Part shown: in pieces, positions 36,271-58,773 of the stretch | Layout of the letters: the number at the start of each line of letters is the position of its first letter | Numbering within the stretch: the first letter of the stretch is position 1 | Source: the human T2T-CHM13v2.0 reference genome, Homo sapiens | Reading direction: 5' to 3' (one strand) | Assembly: GCF_009914755.1 (NCBI RefSeq) | Contig: NC_060928.1 | Length of the DNA: 64,000 nucleotides | Program-made: the position numbers and the translations under genes | Notes under the pieces: model-generated | Told to the model about the DNA's origin: nothing | What the model saw: the letters and a program-made list of their open reading frames with translations, nothing else | The model's database searches: none

Positions 36271-36639
36271 ATTGCAGGGAGAGTAGGCTGGTGTGCACAG
36301 CAGGAGGGTGGGGAGCCCAGCATATAGCTGTGTTGGGGCCTGTGCAGATCAGCCTCACTGGCAGGGAGGATCTGAGCCGAGAGGTGGTGGAAGATGAAAT
36401 CGAGTAGGCATGTTGGTAGTCCTAAATATCAAGTAAACGTTCCTGATCTTACATTGATACTCAATAGTAAGCCAATTTTGTTTCCCATAAGCCAATATTA
36501 ATATTACGTATTTCTTTTATAAGCCAGAGATATAGAGAGATACCCTAGAAGAATGATAGGGGAAAGGAAGGCAAGGGTGAGAGAAGACCTTGTGTGAATT
36601 TGTCCAAAATGTTTATCCACAGGAACAATCCCTTTGTGA

Positions 36640-36951
<312 letters not shown>

Positions 36952-37434
36952 TGAGACGTAAGTTATGGTGAGTTGTTAGAAGTTACTGTTCCTACTCTCA
37001 AAGGGGGTAAACTAACATTGAGAACTTTGCCTGTGCCTTGCACTGTGCTGAGTGTTTCATATCTTACCTTATTTAATTTCTATAGTCTAACTCTATAAGG
37101 TAAGTACTAAGACTATGCCCTAGTTTGTTAATGAGGAAAATGAGATTCAGGATGTTTAAATGCGTATGGTCACATGGCTAGGGAACAAGAAAAATTGATT
37201 TTTTTCTAGCCTGACAGCTACTTCATCCTAGTTTGTAATTCATTCCATGAGTCAAGATTCAATAAATATTTATTGAGAATCTCCTAGAATGTAAGGCCAA
37301 TGAAGGGCAGTGTGGTTCTTCTGTCTTGCTTCGCCTTTTGTGTTTTGTCTCTTTGTTGATGATGGCATGTATCCCCAGCTCTTAGAACAGTGCTTGATTC
37401 AAAGTAAGCACATTCTTTCAAAGGTCTGCTGTTG

Positions 37435-37765
37435 GTGGGGCTTGGTGGCTCACGCCTGTAATCCCAGCACTTTGGGAGGCCAAGGCAGGAGGATTGCTTT
37501 AGCCCAGGATTTTGAAACCAGCTGGGCACAACATAGTATGACTTTGTCTCTCCAAAAAAGTTAAAGAATTAGCAGGGTGTGGTGGTACACACCTGCAGTC
37601 CCAGCTACTCAGGAGGCTGAGGTGGGAGAATCACTTGAGCGATTGCTTGAGGTCAAGGCTGCAGTGAGCCATGGCCATGCTACTGCATTCCAGCTGGGGC
37701 AACAGAGTGAGACCCTTTCTCAAAAAAAATCCCCCCCAAAAAAAAACCCAAAAACAAACAAAAAA
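37435..37765 (+). mobile_element. AluJ-like
   Basis: TSD aaaggtctgctgttg at 37420-37434 and 37763-37777. Confidence 0.95.
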
Positions 37766-38737
37766 GGTCTGCTGTTGTGAAGTTCAACCCAATCCAGCCC
37801 CTTCCCAAGTTGTCACAAATTCCAACATAGTTAACAGTATACCAATGAGTGATACCACAGGAAAAATATTAAACTGATCTGAGGGATATGGGGCTTGGAA
37901 TCTAAGAAAATTGGAAGGGAAATTGAAAAGGAAATTATTATTTCTCCTTGGGGAGATAGTTTCTAAAATTCTTACTACACCCTGGGGTCAGAGCTGTTGA
38001 TTTTAAGGATAGAGACAACTGAGTCACAGGAAACTATTCATATATAAAAGTACCTGGCATCCAAAACCACACTTGTATAATATGAATCTTTCACCATCTG
38101 AGTAGGGCAAATCAGTCTATCTCTGTTGATCATCTGACAAGGATAGCACACTGAGAAATAGATCTGTCTTCCCTACAGGCATAGCTAGTTGTACAAACTA
38201 ACAAGAGACTTTTGTATACACATTCCATGATGATAAATGCCAATCACTAAAGGGACGAGGAGGGATTGGAGAGTTCACCATACAGCAAAATAGTCCAGAC
38301 AGGTGAAAGGTCTATCAAATGCCAGGCTGGTAATCAAAACTGTAGCCTTTTCTCTAAACAAAGTTTAGAACCATGATTGTGTGGGACATTATTTTAATAA
38401 GGGAAAGTGCAGTTAATCATGACCCCACCTTTAGTCCAAGAACAAAAATCAGAGCTGCCACGTATTAAGTACCCACTCTGTGCCAGGTGCAGTAACTATG
38501 CAAAAGATGGGTTTTCCAGATGCAAGAACCTTGGTTCAGAGGACCCTGCTCAAGGCCTCATAGCTAACAAATGATGGGGCAAGATGCTATCCCAAATCTC
38601 TCTGACAACAAAACTCATTCTTATCACTCTACTATTTTCATAGAGTTGCCAAATGCTTGGTTATGCAAACGATGCAGGCAGGGGCAAGACAGCGGCTGAG
38701 CTTGGAACTTTTTCAAAGATGTTTCCTTTGCTTTTAG

Positions 38738-38989
<252 letters not shown>

Positions 38990-39869
38990 TAAGTGTCTGT
39001 GACTCATTGCCACTCGGTGATATTCATTCATTTATTCTCTGAACTCCCACCATTCATTCATTCATTCCCTGACACCTTCACCAAGGCAAAAATAAGTTCA
39101 GTGACTCTTCAGTGCTTATATTTAAACCTTGGCCAACTTGACCTTTGACTTCTTAAGTTTTCACTACTTCTTAGCCTTCTTTTAGTTTCTACATGCATAT
39201 TTTTCAGAAGACTAAATCGTTGACCATATAACCCCTCAAAAATTAATTATCTGAGCCTTTGAAAATTTCATTTAAGATGCCCTGGGCCCTGTTTTTACAG
39301 GTCCAGTAACATCATCCACTAAGTTATTTAACGCAAGTTTTCTGGTTCAGGAACTCTTTTTATAGGTCTTGCAAACAGGTTTTTGTTCAGAATGGAGTTA
39401 TTTAATGTGTAAGCTTGTGAGGCAATTTTTTGTTAGGTTTAAAGCCCATTTTGTTCAAATGTTTGAGATTTTAGGTATATATTTGTACACGTGCATATTT
39501 ACAGGGGCTTTTTGTACACTTTGGTACTCCTACTTCAAACATCTTGTGTATTAAGGGAGGTCACTTACTATTTTAGAAGTATTGTAGTTATTATAAAGAA
39601 ACAAGAAGACCTCCAAGGCCGTTTCAGGGTGGGCCTTTGCGGTTGCTGTCCCTGGGTACGTCACTGGTCGGAGTCATCTTCTAAGCTTTGCTCAGCTAAT
39701 TCTGTCGGTTCATCTAGGTTCTTTTCTTGGAAACTGAGTTGCCCAGAATCCACATTTGTTACTATACAATGGGCAATCACCTTTTCAATTAGTATATTCT
39801 TCTTGTACCTTCCAGTATACACTCTATTTAATACCAGAACCCATAAGAAACAAATTTAGTAAAAATCCA

Positions 39870-40395
39870 GGTTGGGCACAGTTTCTCATGCCTGTAATCC
39901 CAGCACTTTGGAAGGCCAAGGCGGACAGATCACTTGAGGTCAGGAGTTCAAGACCAGCCTAGCCAACATGGTGAAACCCTGACTCTACTAAAAATACAAA
40001 AATTAGCTGGGTGTGGTGACATGTGCCTATAGTCACAGCTATTCGGGAGGCTGAGGCAGGAGAATTGCTTGAGCCCGAGTGGTGGGGGTTGCAGTGAGCT
40101 GAGGTCTCATCATTGCACTCCAGCCTGGGCAACAGAGCAAGACTCCACCTCAAAAAAAAAAAAAAAAACAAATTTAGTGAAAATCCAGAGCTTTAGAACA
40201 AAGGAACTAAATAGTCTCAAAGGACATTATCATCCAAGTTATGATAGTGATTTCGCTTTCTTTAAAAAAAAAATTATTACAGATAGAGTTTCTTGATGTT
40301 GCCCAGGCTGGCCTCAAACTCCTGGGCTCAAGCAGTCCTCCAGCCTCAGCCTCCCAAGTAGCTGGGACTATGAGAATATGCCACCATGCCCAGCT
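39870..40395. mobile_element. AluS (+, 39870-40168) and Alu monomer (-, about 40272-40395)
   Basis: Alu bodies; long TSD on the first. Confidence 0.93.
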
Positions 40396-41853
40396 TTATT
40401 TTGCTTTCTAATGTGCCTTTTTGTAGTTCCTGCAAAGCATAAGCATGCCTTCATCTGTGGTACCCTTTCCAATATTTTATTTATCTCACATCACTAATAA
40501 GATAAATTTATACAGCCACTGCTCTGTGCCAGACATTATTTAAGAAGTTATTTCACGCATTATCTCATCTGCCTTCACAAAACAACTCTAAAATAGGTAT
40601 CACCTCCATTTTATAGATGAAAAAACTGAGGCTCACTTGCCCAAAGTGTCACAGCTAACAAATTGGACTGAACCAAGATTTAAGCAGCCTGACTCCAAAA
40701 CCCATGTTTCGCCTACTAAACCTCTTCCATATTAATTCCTCCTCCATATTAATTGCGTCGTTAGGGTGGCTTGTCGACGCTCTCAGCTCCCCATCAGTAC
40801 TCAAGCTTCCTGAGGGCAGGGATTCTATTTTGTTAACTGCTGTATTCTCAAAGCCTTGAACAATGCCTCATATGTAAAGATACTAATAAATATGTGCTGG
40901 ATGCATTCGAGTGATTTCTACTCCAGGGTGGATTGCCAAAGGGGACCTTCCCTGTCATATCTAAACTATCCTTTTATTCTTCTACATTCTCAAGTCACTC
41001 CCATTTCTTCTTCCCTTCAACTCCAAACTTCTTGGAAGAATAGTCTTCATTTGCCACTTCCATTTCCTTACCCTCAATTCACGTCTTAAAGCTTAGGTTC
41101 TTGCTTTTGACATCTCACCAGGAAGCTACTAGGGACCTCTAGTTAGCAAATCCACTGAACAAATCTCAGTTTTTATCCCCTTCATACTGTCTGCAGAAAG
41201 TGGCAGTGTTGACCGCTCATTCTTTTGACTTCCATGAAGAACTCTACACTTTGGGTTCTTTTAACTCTGAAACCCCTTTCTCTCACTTCTCTTATTCCCA
41301 GGTTCTATATTCATATCTCCGTCTTTTCTTTCTTTTCTCTCTTTCCCATGACATTCAGATGGCTTCCACTGACATCTTTATTTGGTGACTCATCATTTCT
41401 TCAACAATGTGCCAGGCATGTTCCCATTGCTAGAAGTCCCCCCTCTTCTAGTAGTGCCCTTGATGCTGGAGAAACAAAGCAGCAGGAAACAGAAGAAACG
41501 TCCTTTCTTCACAGAGCTTGCATTCTAGTGATACAAGACACATCTCTATTCCACCTGGATGTCCCACACCTCTTGTGATTTAATATGCCCCAAACTAAAC
41601 TCATCGTTTTCTTATGAGATCTGCTCTTTGTTCTGTTAATGGCACTGCCGTCTTCCTATTGCCCTGAAAGAGACTCCAGAGTCATTTTTGAGCCATGTTT
41701 CCTCCTTGCCCCAACTTCCAAATCAGTTACCAAGTTCTGCTGGCAGTCACTGTGGTTACGACACTCTCTCACTCCTTCCTTTCCCTTCCCATCTTCACTG
41801 AGTGACTTCAGGCCTCATTACCTCTTGGTTATTGCAGACTTTGCTAAGGGAGC

Positions 41854-42393
41854 TGTGTCAGGGGTCCCTAAGACCACCCCCAGGTTCAGTGATTCACTAG
41901 AAGGACTCAGCATAGAGGCATCCTTACAGCTAAGGTTTATTATGGTGAAAGGATACAAAAGAAAAGGCACATGGCAATATCTGGGGAAAACCTGGTGTAG
42001 GCTTCCAGGAGCCCTCTCCCAGTGAGGTCACATAGGATGTGCTGAATTTCTCCAGGAACGAGTTGTAGCAACATGTGTGAAATGTCTATCAGAGAGATTA
42101 ATTAGAGACTCAGTGCCTGGGGTGTTCACTGGGTACTGGTACTGGTTTATGACTAGCATGTGCCAAAATTCCCGACTCTCAGAAGGAAAGCAGGTGTTGA
42201 GTGTAAGCCACATTGCTTATACAAATAGCACAGGCACAGCAAGCCTCTCTTACCGGTCAGGGAAAGTTGAATACTGGTGCAGGGAGCTGTTTATCAGTCA
42301 AGTTCCCAGATGCCAGCCAAAGTCCAACCTTGCAAACAGGCCTTCCTAAAGAAAGGCCATCTCAGGCCTGCTGTGTTAACTCTTTTCTGCACA
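41854..42393 (-). mobile_element. MER21-type LTR within L2 fragments
   Basis: tgtgtcaggggtccctaagaccacccccaggttcagtgattcactagaaggactca...gttaactcttttctgcaca; flanks ggagc/tgagc. Confidence 0.8.
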
Positions 42394-42613
42394 TGAGCCC
42401 TCTGTTCCTCCCCACTCCAGTCTTCCCTGCTGCCACCAGACCAGCCCTGTTGTGTGCCTCTTAGAACTTTCCCTTCACAGACTCCTTCATGTTTGCCCTT
42501 CACAAGCTGACCACAGACCACCTTTCAATCTGCCATTCTTTATCTTATGGGAGCCAAACTGAACTACTTCTTCTCTTGACCAATGGCTCACGGTTGAAAA
42601 TGCCCTTCCCATT

Positions 42614-42980
42614 TGTATTAGTCTGGTCTCATGCTGCTGATAAAGACATACCTGAGACTGGGCAATTTACCAAAGAAAGAGGTTTAATGGACTTACAGTT
42701 CCACATGGCTGGGGAGGCCTCACAATCATGGTGGAAGGCGAGGAGCAAGTCACGTCTTACGTGGATGGCAGCAGGCAAAGAGAGAGAGCTTGTGCAGGGA
42801 AAATCCCACTTATAAAACCATCAGATCTCGTGAGACTTACTCACTATCATGAGACCAGCATGGGAAAGACCTGCCCCCATGATTCAATTACCTCCTACCG
42901 GGTTTCTCCAACAAAACATGGGAATTGTGGGAGTTACAGTTCAAGATGAGTTTGGTTGGGGACACAGCCAACCCATATGA
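42614..42980 (-). mobile_element. THE1B solo LTR
   Basis: tgtattagtctggtctcatgctgctgataaagacatacc...gggacacagccaacccatatga; perfect TSD ccatt/ccatt. Confidence 0.93.
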
Positions 42981-43617
42981 CCATTCACCTGTGCAAGTCC
43001 AGATCCTACTCACCTTTCATGGTTCAGGTCCAACACAGCTTCTTCCTAAAGCCTTTTCTAATCCATCCCTCCACTGCCAGATCCCCAAATAAGGACAGCT
43101 TTCCTCTGATCTGCCAGCCTTATTTCTTTTCTCTTTTGCTTCTTATTATTATCCACCTTGTATTTTACTTGTTTAATTATAACTCTTATTTCCCTACTTG
43201 TTATAAATTTGGGAGGGAAAGGACCTTTATATCCCCATTAGTGCTGAAGAAGCATCTGTTTTCTAAGAGATCCTCTGAATATTTGTGGATGAAATTCCCA
43301 AATGCTGACAATGCCACTTGATGAACTTGTCCCTCTTTTGGCTGTAATTTTCTCTGGGGACCTCAAGTCGTCTAGTCCCTGAGCACAGTTACCCAGAGAA
43401 GGCAGCCGTATAAACTGAGCAGAGGCTCTAGAGCAGAGCAGAGGCTCTAGGGACAAACAGCCCTGGCATTGGTTCCCGAGTCTGCCCTCAAAAGCTTTGG
43501 GACTACATTGACCTCACTAAGCCTCAGGGCCCTCATTCCTAAAGAGGCTAATAACAGTATGAGAATTAACCAAGAAAACATGAACTGCCAGGTCAGGCAC
43601 AGTACCCAGCTTGATAG

Positions 43618-44037
<420 letters not shown>

Positions 44038-45003
44038 TAGCTACATGAGGATGCCAAGGACCCAGACGGATAGCAAGGGAGGGGTAAAAACTGAAGGCTT
44101 ACCGAAATAAAGGATATTTGAGGAAGGGAGTTGGGATCCTAGAATATTACGAGTTGGAAAGAACCATAACTCTGGTCCAAGTTCATCTCAATGCTGGAAC
44201 CTTTCCAGAAAAAGTATTGTGTTTTTCTAACATCTGTCTTTACCCATTATAAGGATGGTTAGTGCCACATGTTCCATCACCAAGTCCCCCGGCCATCAAA
44301 TCTTGACTCATTTCCTGGAGTTTCTCACTCTCAGATGAGCCTCTGCTATTAGCACACAAGCACAGTAACCGGAGTGCTTGTAGGATGCTCAGTAGGATAC
44401 CCAGGTTACCTGCTCGTGCTCAGGGCTACCAAAGGCACGTAAAGTTCCTTCCACAGATCCTGGGATGTTGCCATGATGACCCCTCTGTGAGATAGTAACA
44501 AAAATGACAAAGATTCCACTGGCTTGTCTGGGACTCTTCTTCATTCATTTATTCAGCAAACATTCATTGGACACTTAATATGGGCTAGGCATTGTTCTCG
44601 GCTCTTGGGACATGTCAGCAAACAAAATAAAGATCCGCACCTTGGCAGAGCTTGCATCCAACCAGGAGGAGACTAGAGAATAAACATTAAACAATACAAA
44701 TAAATAGTATAGTATATTAGAAGGTAATAGGTACTATTAAAAAGAAAGAAAAAGCAGAGCAAGAGGAAGTCAGAGTTCACCCACTTTAATCTTCCTGGTG
44801 AGCATGTCAGCAACACCCAAACATCACTAACATGGATTATTGCATGTATATTTACACATAAGATAAGAAGTGTTTATTCTCATAATAGTCTTTGTCATCA
44901 TTCTTGAGGTTAAGTTCAATTCTGCTTTATGTGGCTTGTTGGATTGTCCCAGTCCTTGTATTTAACAACATTTGCAGAAAATAGTACCACATTAAATCAA
45001 TTA

Positions 45004-45413
45004 TAGATTATCCCTTATCCAAAATGCTTAAGACCAGAATGTTTGAGATTTAAGAAATTTTTCAGGTTTTGGAATGTCTGCATATATATAATGAGATATC
45101 TTGGGGATGGGACCCAAGTCTAAACACAAAATTCATTTATGTTTCATAAATGAAACTTAATGCACATAGCCTGAAGGAAATTTTATTTTTCCCTTAGGGA
45201 TGTTGAATCAACTGTTGTGTGCCAGCATGTTGACAATGACCTGTCACATGAAGTCGGGTGTGGAATTTTCCACTTGTGCGTTCATGGCGGTGCTCAGAAA
45301 GTTTGGGATTTTGAAGCATTTTATATTTCAGATTTTCACATTAGAAATACTCAAGCTGTCCTTGCTCACAGTGGCCAAAAAAAAAGAAAGAAAGAAAAGA
45401 AATACTCAACCAG
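45004..45413. mobile_element. Tigger4/MER46 element with a small insertion in its terminal repeat
   Basis: tatcccttatccaaaatgcttaagaccag...atgagatatcttggggatgggacccaagtctaaac...tactcaaccag. Confidence 0.85.
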
Positions 45414-46495
45414 TAGTCCAGTAGTAGTTATCACTAGAAATGAATGAAAATCTATTGCAGTATTATTGAGTTTTTCCTAATTATTCCAGTGCAGATAAAA
45501 AGAAAAGAATAAAAAGGAAGAGAATAAAAACAGAGAGGCAACTCTGATATTTTAGTAAATTCTATTTATAGAAGGTCTTGAGTATTTCTTCTGCTTCCTC
45601 CCTTACTTTAAGGATGAACATTGTTAAGACAACTGCTTCATTTCTCTATACTGTTTTTCTAAGTTTCTGGAAGTGGTTGACTACTGCAGGGCCAGAATGG
45701 GCCAGAGAAATGACTTGACACTTGAAGGCCACTTCCTTCCCTTTTGAGTTCCCAATGAAGCTGTCACATACAAGGCTCTTGGCTTCAGAGTTGCTCTCCT
45801 GAGTTTTTGATTCTCACCCCTACTCTCTAACACATCAAATAGGAAAGAAAGAACAGGAGAACTGACAATGAAAAGGAAGGAAAATTTTCACACTTCTCTG
45901 ACCAGTTCTAATTTACCATAGTCCTGTTTTTACTTGATTATTGCTCATGCATGTGTCCTGTATGCTCAGGTTCCAGGTGCGGCTACCTGTCCTGTAATGG
46001 CAGAGATAGTGATGGCTAGTAGCTGACTAAAGGGCTTTTAAATGTCTCAAAATGAAGCAGCTAGAGATTCTATTTCTAGTTAGAAAAGAAGTCTGTATCA
46101 TTAACTGAATCACCCAGCTTTCTCAGTGTGACACCTACAAAATGGGCATTTGACAAGAAAAAAACCCTCAGTCCAGTTATGGTAAAGCAGTAAAGATCAG
46201 AGCCATCAGTATGGATGTAAAATAGTGTATGTTTTAGACAATCAGACATCTATTGAGTACCCACCTATTAACTATAAGGCTCTGGGAAGAAGAGAGAAAA
46301 CTACCCTGGAGGACAAACTATTTGATGCTATTTAGGTGTTACATAATGAATGAATGACTCAGTTCCTATCTTTATATATGTACAAAATATATCCTACTTC
46401 TCAACCAGATTACACATGTTTTGAGTGGATGGTTTATATTTCTTTATATTCTTCATGTTGCCTAGTAGAAGGACTTGAATTTAATAGAAGTCCTA

Positions 46496-48345
<1,850 letters not shown>

Positions 48346-50457
48346 CAAAGGCAGAGTCATAATCAAGACCATGACACCATGTAAATTCTGTGTCTGCTCT
48401 TGACTCTATTATAACTTCTAAGATTTTTTTCAAGATGTTTTCCCTTCATCCTTATCACTTAATTAAGCATCCGTCACTTCCTTCCTGTGGTTTCAGTGTA
48501 TAAAAGAATTTTTACAAGCTTTTCTCCCTTCAGCAATAACAGGTAACATTTCGCTAAGTCCAGTTGTACATTTAAGCATATAACAACATGCTTAATTATT
48601 AGATGCTTACAAGCTTTGCTTGGCATAGGTGTACCATGTATTATTCTATGTCTTTCCTTCCCACTGTCCTATGATAGCCATTACCTTCTGAAATCTCAGT
48701 AAATGATGCACTACCCTATTAGCATTCTCTCTTCTGTTAGCCCTCCTTATGAGAGTTATTCTTTCCCTCATCCCACTCCTAAAAATTCATTTGGCCTTTG
48801 TGGAGTATTTAGATCAAGTCATTATTAAACTATTCCCCACTAGAATTATTAATAGTTGATAAAATATGGAAAATATATTATTCATATGTGAGTGAAAGAA
48901 CACTTAAAGCATAAAAAAGAACTACATGGCCATATATTGCATGGCAATAACTATATTAGCAGCAATAATAATTGTAATAGTAATAATAATAATGGCTAAC
49001 ACTTTAGAAGCTTCTGTGTTAGGCATTTCCGGGTGCTTTTCATGGTACAGAAGCTCATTTGTTCCTCATACTAACCCTCTTCACTACTCTGCCACTGCCT
49101 CTCAAGCCATGGATATGTGCACTTTAGAGTTTTTACTTAAAGTAAAAATTCCTGTAGAATAGATGGTGTTGACCCCATCAGACCGTGATGCAGTTAGAAG
49201 TGCATCCCGTCTTTTACGATGGCCATACAACATCACACAAATCAAGGTAAACCCTTGATCCCCAAATTCTCAATGTATTAATAATGAACAGAGTTACACA
49301 AGAATTTTAGCATTTAAGGAAACAGGAGAGACGATAATACTGGAAATAATTTTTCAGAATATTTCTGTTCGGATTGATGGCAGAGTGCAGGCCATATACA
49401 TTGACAATTATTCCAGAACACAATTATTGTTTGGAGCTAAAAGGATGCAAACCCTGCCTCTTGGCTTATATGGATTTATTTATGTTTAGGCCATTGAAAT
49501 AATGGTAGAAAGGTAAGTATGATATGCTAATTAAGAACAGACTTCCTTTTTATATTTTAACCAAAGAACTCAATATCAACAAAAGACTAGTCAGTGGTAT
49601 TCACCCTTTTTGATCATACACACCTATCAGTGAAAGCTTTGACTACTACACACCCTAATTTATTATCTTTATTTGTAAATTGTGTGCCTACTTTGGTGTA
49701 ACAGGTACATCCGTAAAACATACACATACATAGAATTTTAAAGATTGGAATAAAAGTTAATACAAATAGAATTCCAAAACTTTCTTACCACCTACCTAGA
49801 AGTTGTAACATTTTCTTCCCATAGCCCAGTGAATTGCCTTGCACCTGCTTTGGCGACCAATAGGAAGAAAGGCAATGATATCATGGAAATTGTCTCTTTG
49901 GCTCAACAGCCACAGCATTTTGCAAGTGTTTCTTTGAAAACTTGCTTCACTGTGTTTTTCAATTTTTTTTTTAAACAACACTTAATACTGCCAGACAACA
50001 ATTCAGACAGTGTGCTTTTTGTTTATAAAGAACAAGGAAGGGCTACTGGAATCTCACTTGTCCTTTGAAACTTTTGCTGACCAAGTGTAGAAGTGAGGGC
50101 ATGCCTTCTGCTCACCCACAAAACACACCCTGTGCTCCACTGGACCTTCAAACCAGTGGAAAGACCCAACGCTTTTTGTTTTATCTAGCCAAAATTTGCT
50201 TATGCTTACCCAAAACCTGAAAAGAAATTATATTCTTAATATAAATACAATCACATCTTGAAATCACTTTGAAATTTTCTTTATTTTCCTTTTTTCTTTC
50301 CCCAACATATGTTCTGAAGTACACAGGCTGCATCAGTCAGCCATTTGTCCTGAGCAATAGTCTTTCAAAACTAGAAGAATTACTTGAAAAAAAGAAGACT
50401 ATTAAGGAATTTAAACTCAAATAATTTATTGACCACTTGCTAGGTTGTACAGGGTAA

Positions 50458-50763
<306 letters not shown>

Positions 50764-52443
50764 GACTAATTCATTTATTCAGCGAGTGTTTTCTGAGCAC
50801 CTACTATGTACTTGCCACTGTTCTAGGCACTGGGGATACAGGAATGAACAAAATCACCCAAATCTCTGCCCTCCCAATTTTCTGGTATGGAGAGAAAGTT
50901 CTTTTGTAGATAGGGATGAGAATCCCACAGAAAACTCAGGAGTGATGTAACAATGCAAATGCTCACAAAATCTCTTTCCTCATCTTTCATTCCCTATTTG
51001 GAAGGAAAGGTTTCAAAGACATTGATGTTGTATAAATGACCATCTTCTTCATTATTTTATAAACATTTGTCCTGTGCAGAGTAAAAACAACTGGACTGCA
51101 TAACAAATTATACCTATTGAGAGTTGGGTAAAGAGTTACCATTGGATCCAGTCCACCAACCCAAATGTTTTTCTACATGTATTAGCTGAGATGAGCTCCT
51201 CATCTCAGGAGAAGCCTATTCCCACTGCAGGCCTTCTTGAGTCTGCTGTGTTCATCATTCCCACCACCAACACAAAAATACAAGATTGGCTCTGGAAATC
51301 CTTCACAGAGAAGGAAGGAAAGGAAGATGGTGAGGTTGGCTTTTTAGCTGTGATCAGCAACCAAGCTGGTCTTTGCTATGAGAATCAGTGGGACCATGAT
51401 CTCGATGGTCATCTCAGGAAGGGAGGGCTAATGAAGTGGTCTCTGGCCATGATTCCTAAGAAGAGAGAATGGACAGCAAAGATCGCAGCACCTGCCACAG
51501 CCCACCTGCTGCAGATTCAGACCCCCTGGTGGGGCCAGGTTGTTATGACTAACCCCTAGCACTGTCTACATTTAGTGGTGATGGATGCCAAGGAGGGGGC
51601 AGTGTCCCCTTGGATCTGATTGTAAAGCTTAGAACCAAAGCATATGTGGAAAGTTGTAGGGTCATGAGTTAAGGGACAGAAATGAGCAAGAGAGAAGCCC
51701 TTGGCTCATATATTCCCACTGCAGGCCTTCTTGAGCCCTCTGTATTCATCATTCCCACTGTCTTTCAAGCCCAAGCTCATGCTTTGTTCTCATGGGCACT
51801 CATTTTTAGGATATCTTTTGTCCCTCTTGACTTTATGTTGTGTGATACCAACTCTTTAGTAGTTTTTTGTATTATTTAACTTCATGTGTTTATCTGCTCT
51901 TGAGTCTCGAGGGCAGGATTTATGCAGTTTACTTCTGTTTATTCCTCTTAGCCCTTGCACAGTGCTGTATACATAGACATCTACTATATTTTTGTTAAAC
52001 AGAGCAAAGAATGGCTGGCAATTGGAGAATGCAGAGAAACCGAAAAATTTTAAATTTAAAAATCACAAATAAAAACAGCAGGATGAAGGCAAGAAAGCAA
52101 AAGGGTGGAAAGTGATTAAAATGAAGGTGGCAGAAAAAACAGAAAGCATTCCTCTTTGAGTTTGAGTCTGTTATAGTGTGATCTCTTCTGTGTATGCATG
52201 TATGTGTGTGTAATGTATATGTGCACACACATGCATGCATGCCTTCGTTGAGTTTCTATTCCGAACTAAGGAAATGCAAGCAATATACTGTTTTACTTAT
52301 TTTATGGCAGGGCTTAACACTTTCCATTTGAGTGAGTGACTTTTAAGAATGACATCGGGTAAGTATAATGGTGAGCCCTTATAATTAATACATTGGTGAA
52401 GAAAAATATACTAGTCATATTAAGGTAAGTTTCATATTTCTAA

Positions 52444-52680
<237 letters not shown>

Positions 52681-52736
52681 TAATATTTTCTTTAAAAAAA
52701 ATGAGTTCCACAAAATCATGGAATACTTGAATTTGA

Positions 52737-56755
<4,019 letters not shown>

Positions 56756-57442
56756 TAAGTATATATGAAATTAAGAAGAAAAATTTAATCAGAGTTGTCA
56801 CTGCTTCTCAAGAATAAATCTTCATATGAGGTTGCTATATGACCACCAATTATTTAAAACCAGTTATTTTAAGTAAGAATTAATTACCTTTTCCCAAAAC
56901 ATTGATCTACCCATGCAAAGAAGACAATGCATCCTGAAATGCTGATGCTTAAGATAGCAGCCCAAAGTAGTAAAATACAGTTAACAGACATAGGAAACCA
57001 ACACTGTTCTGAAGACTGAGTTTTTCTTTGCACCAAATGCAGATGGTAGCTTCTAGAAGGCTGTTTGCCTATATTCTTACTCCTGTTGAATATTGTTGCC
57101 ATATATTTAGAACTTCAAGTTATTTTCTAAGGAAAAAAACAAGATATTTCTAATATTCTAAGGTAAACTCAGACCAGTACAAGAATTTTCAGTTTTTTTT
57201 TCCAAAGATCCCAAATGTGAAATAAAACAACAAAAAGCAGCCAGTGTCAGATTTCTATGCCATTTAGAAAGGAGTTAGTTTAAAAAGGAATGGAAGTAAT
57301 AGGGTTTTGTGCATAGATATCTCGAATTAATATTGCTGTTGATAAAAGTGATTTTGCTAAGACCCAGCACTGACAACACTTGGCCACTTTGATCCCATTT
57401 TAAGTACTTGTCAGAATATTGGATCTTTGAACTCAAACCATT

Positions 57443-58219
<777 letters not shown>

Positions 58220-58335
58220 TTGTGTTTTCTTTTTAACCAAATGGAAATAACCTCTGTAGCATGAAAGCATTTTATTATTATTGCAGAAGGCTTTAATTGC
58301 TGATACAAGTAGCAAGACTTTGTAAATGGGATTGA

Positions 58336-58755
<420 letters not shown>

Positions 58756-58773
58756 TGAGACTCATATCAAATG

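Noticed and set aside
39000-39070. (CATT)n / YCAY cluster after exon 4 as a NOVA splicing element
   Set aside because: More simply an L2-tail-like simple repeat, and exon 4 skipping would shift the frame.
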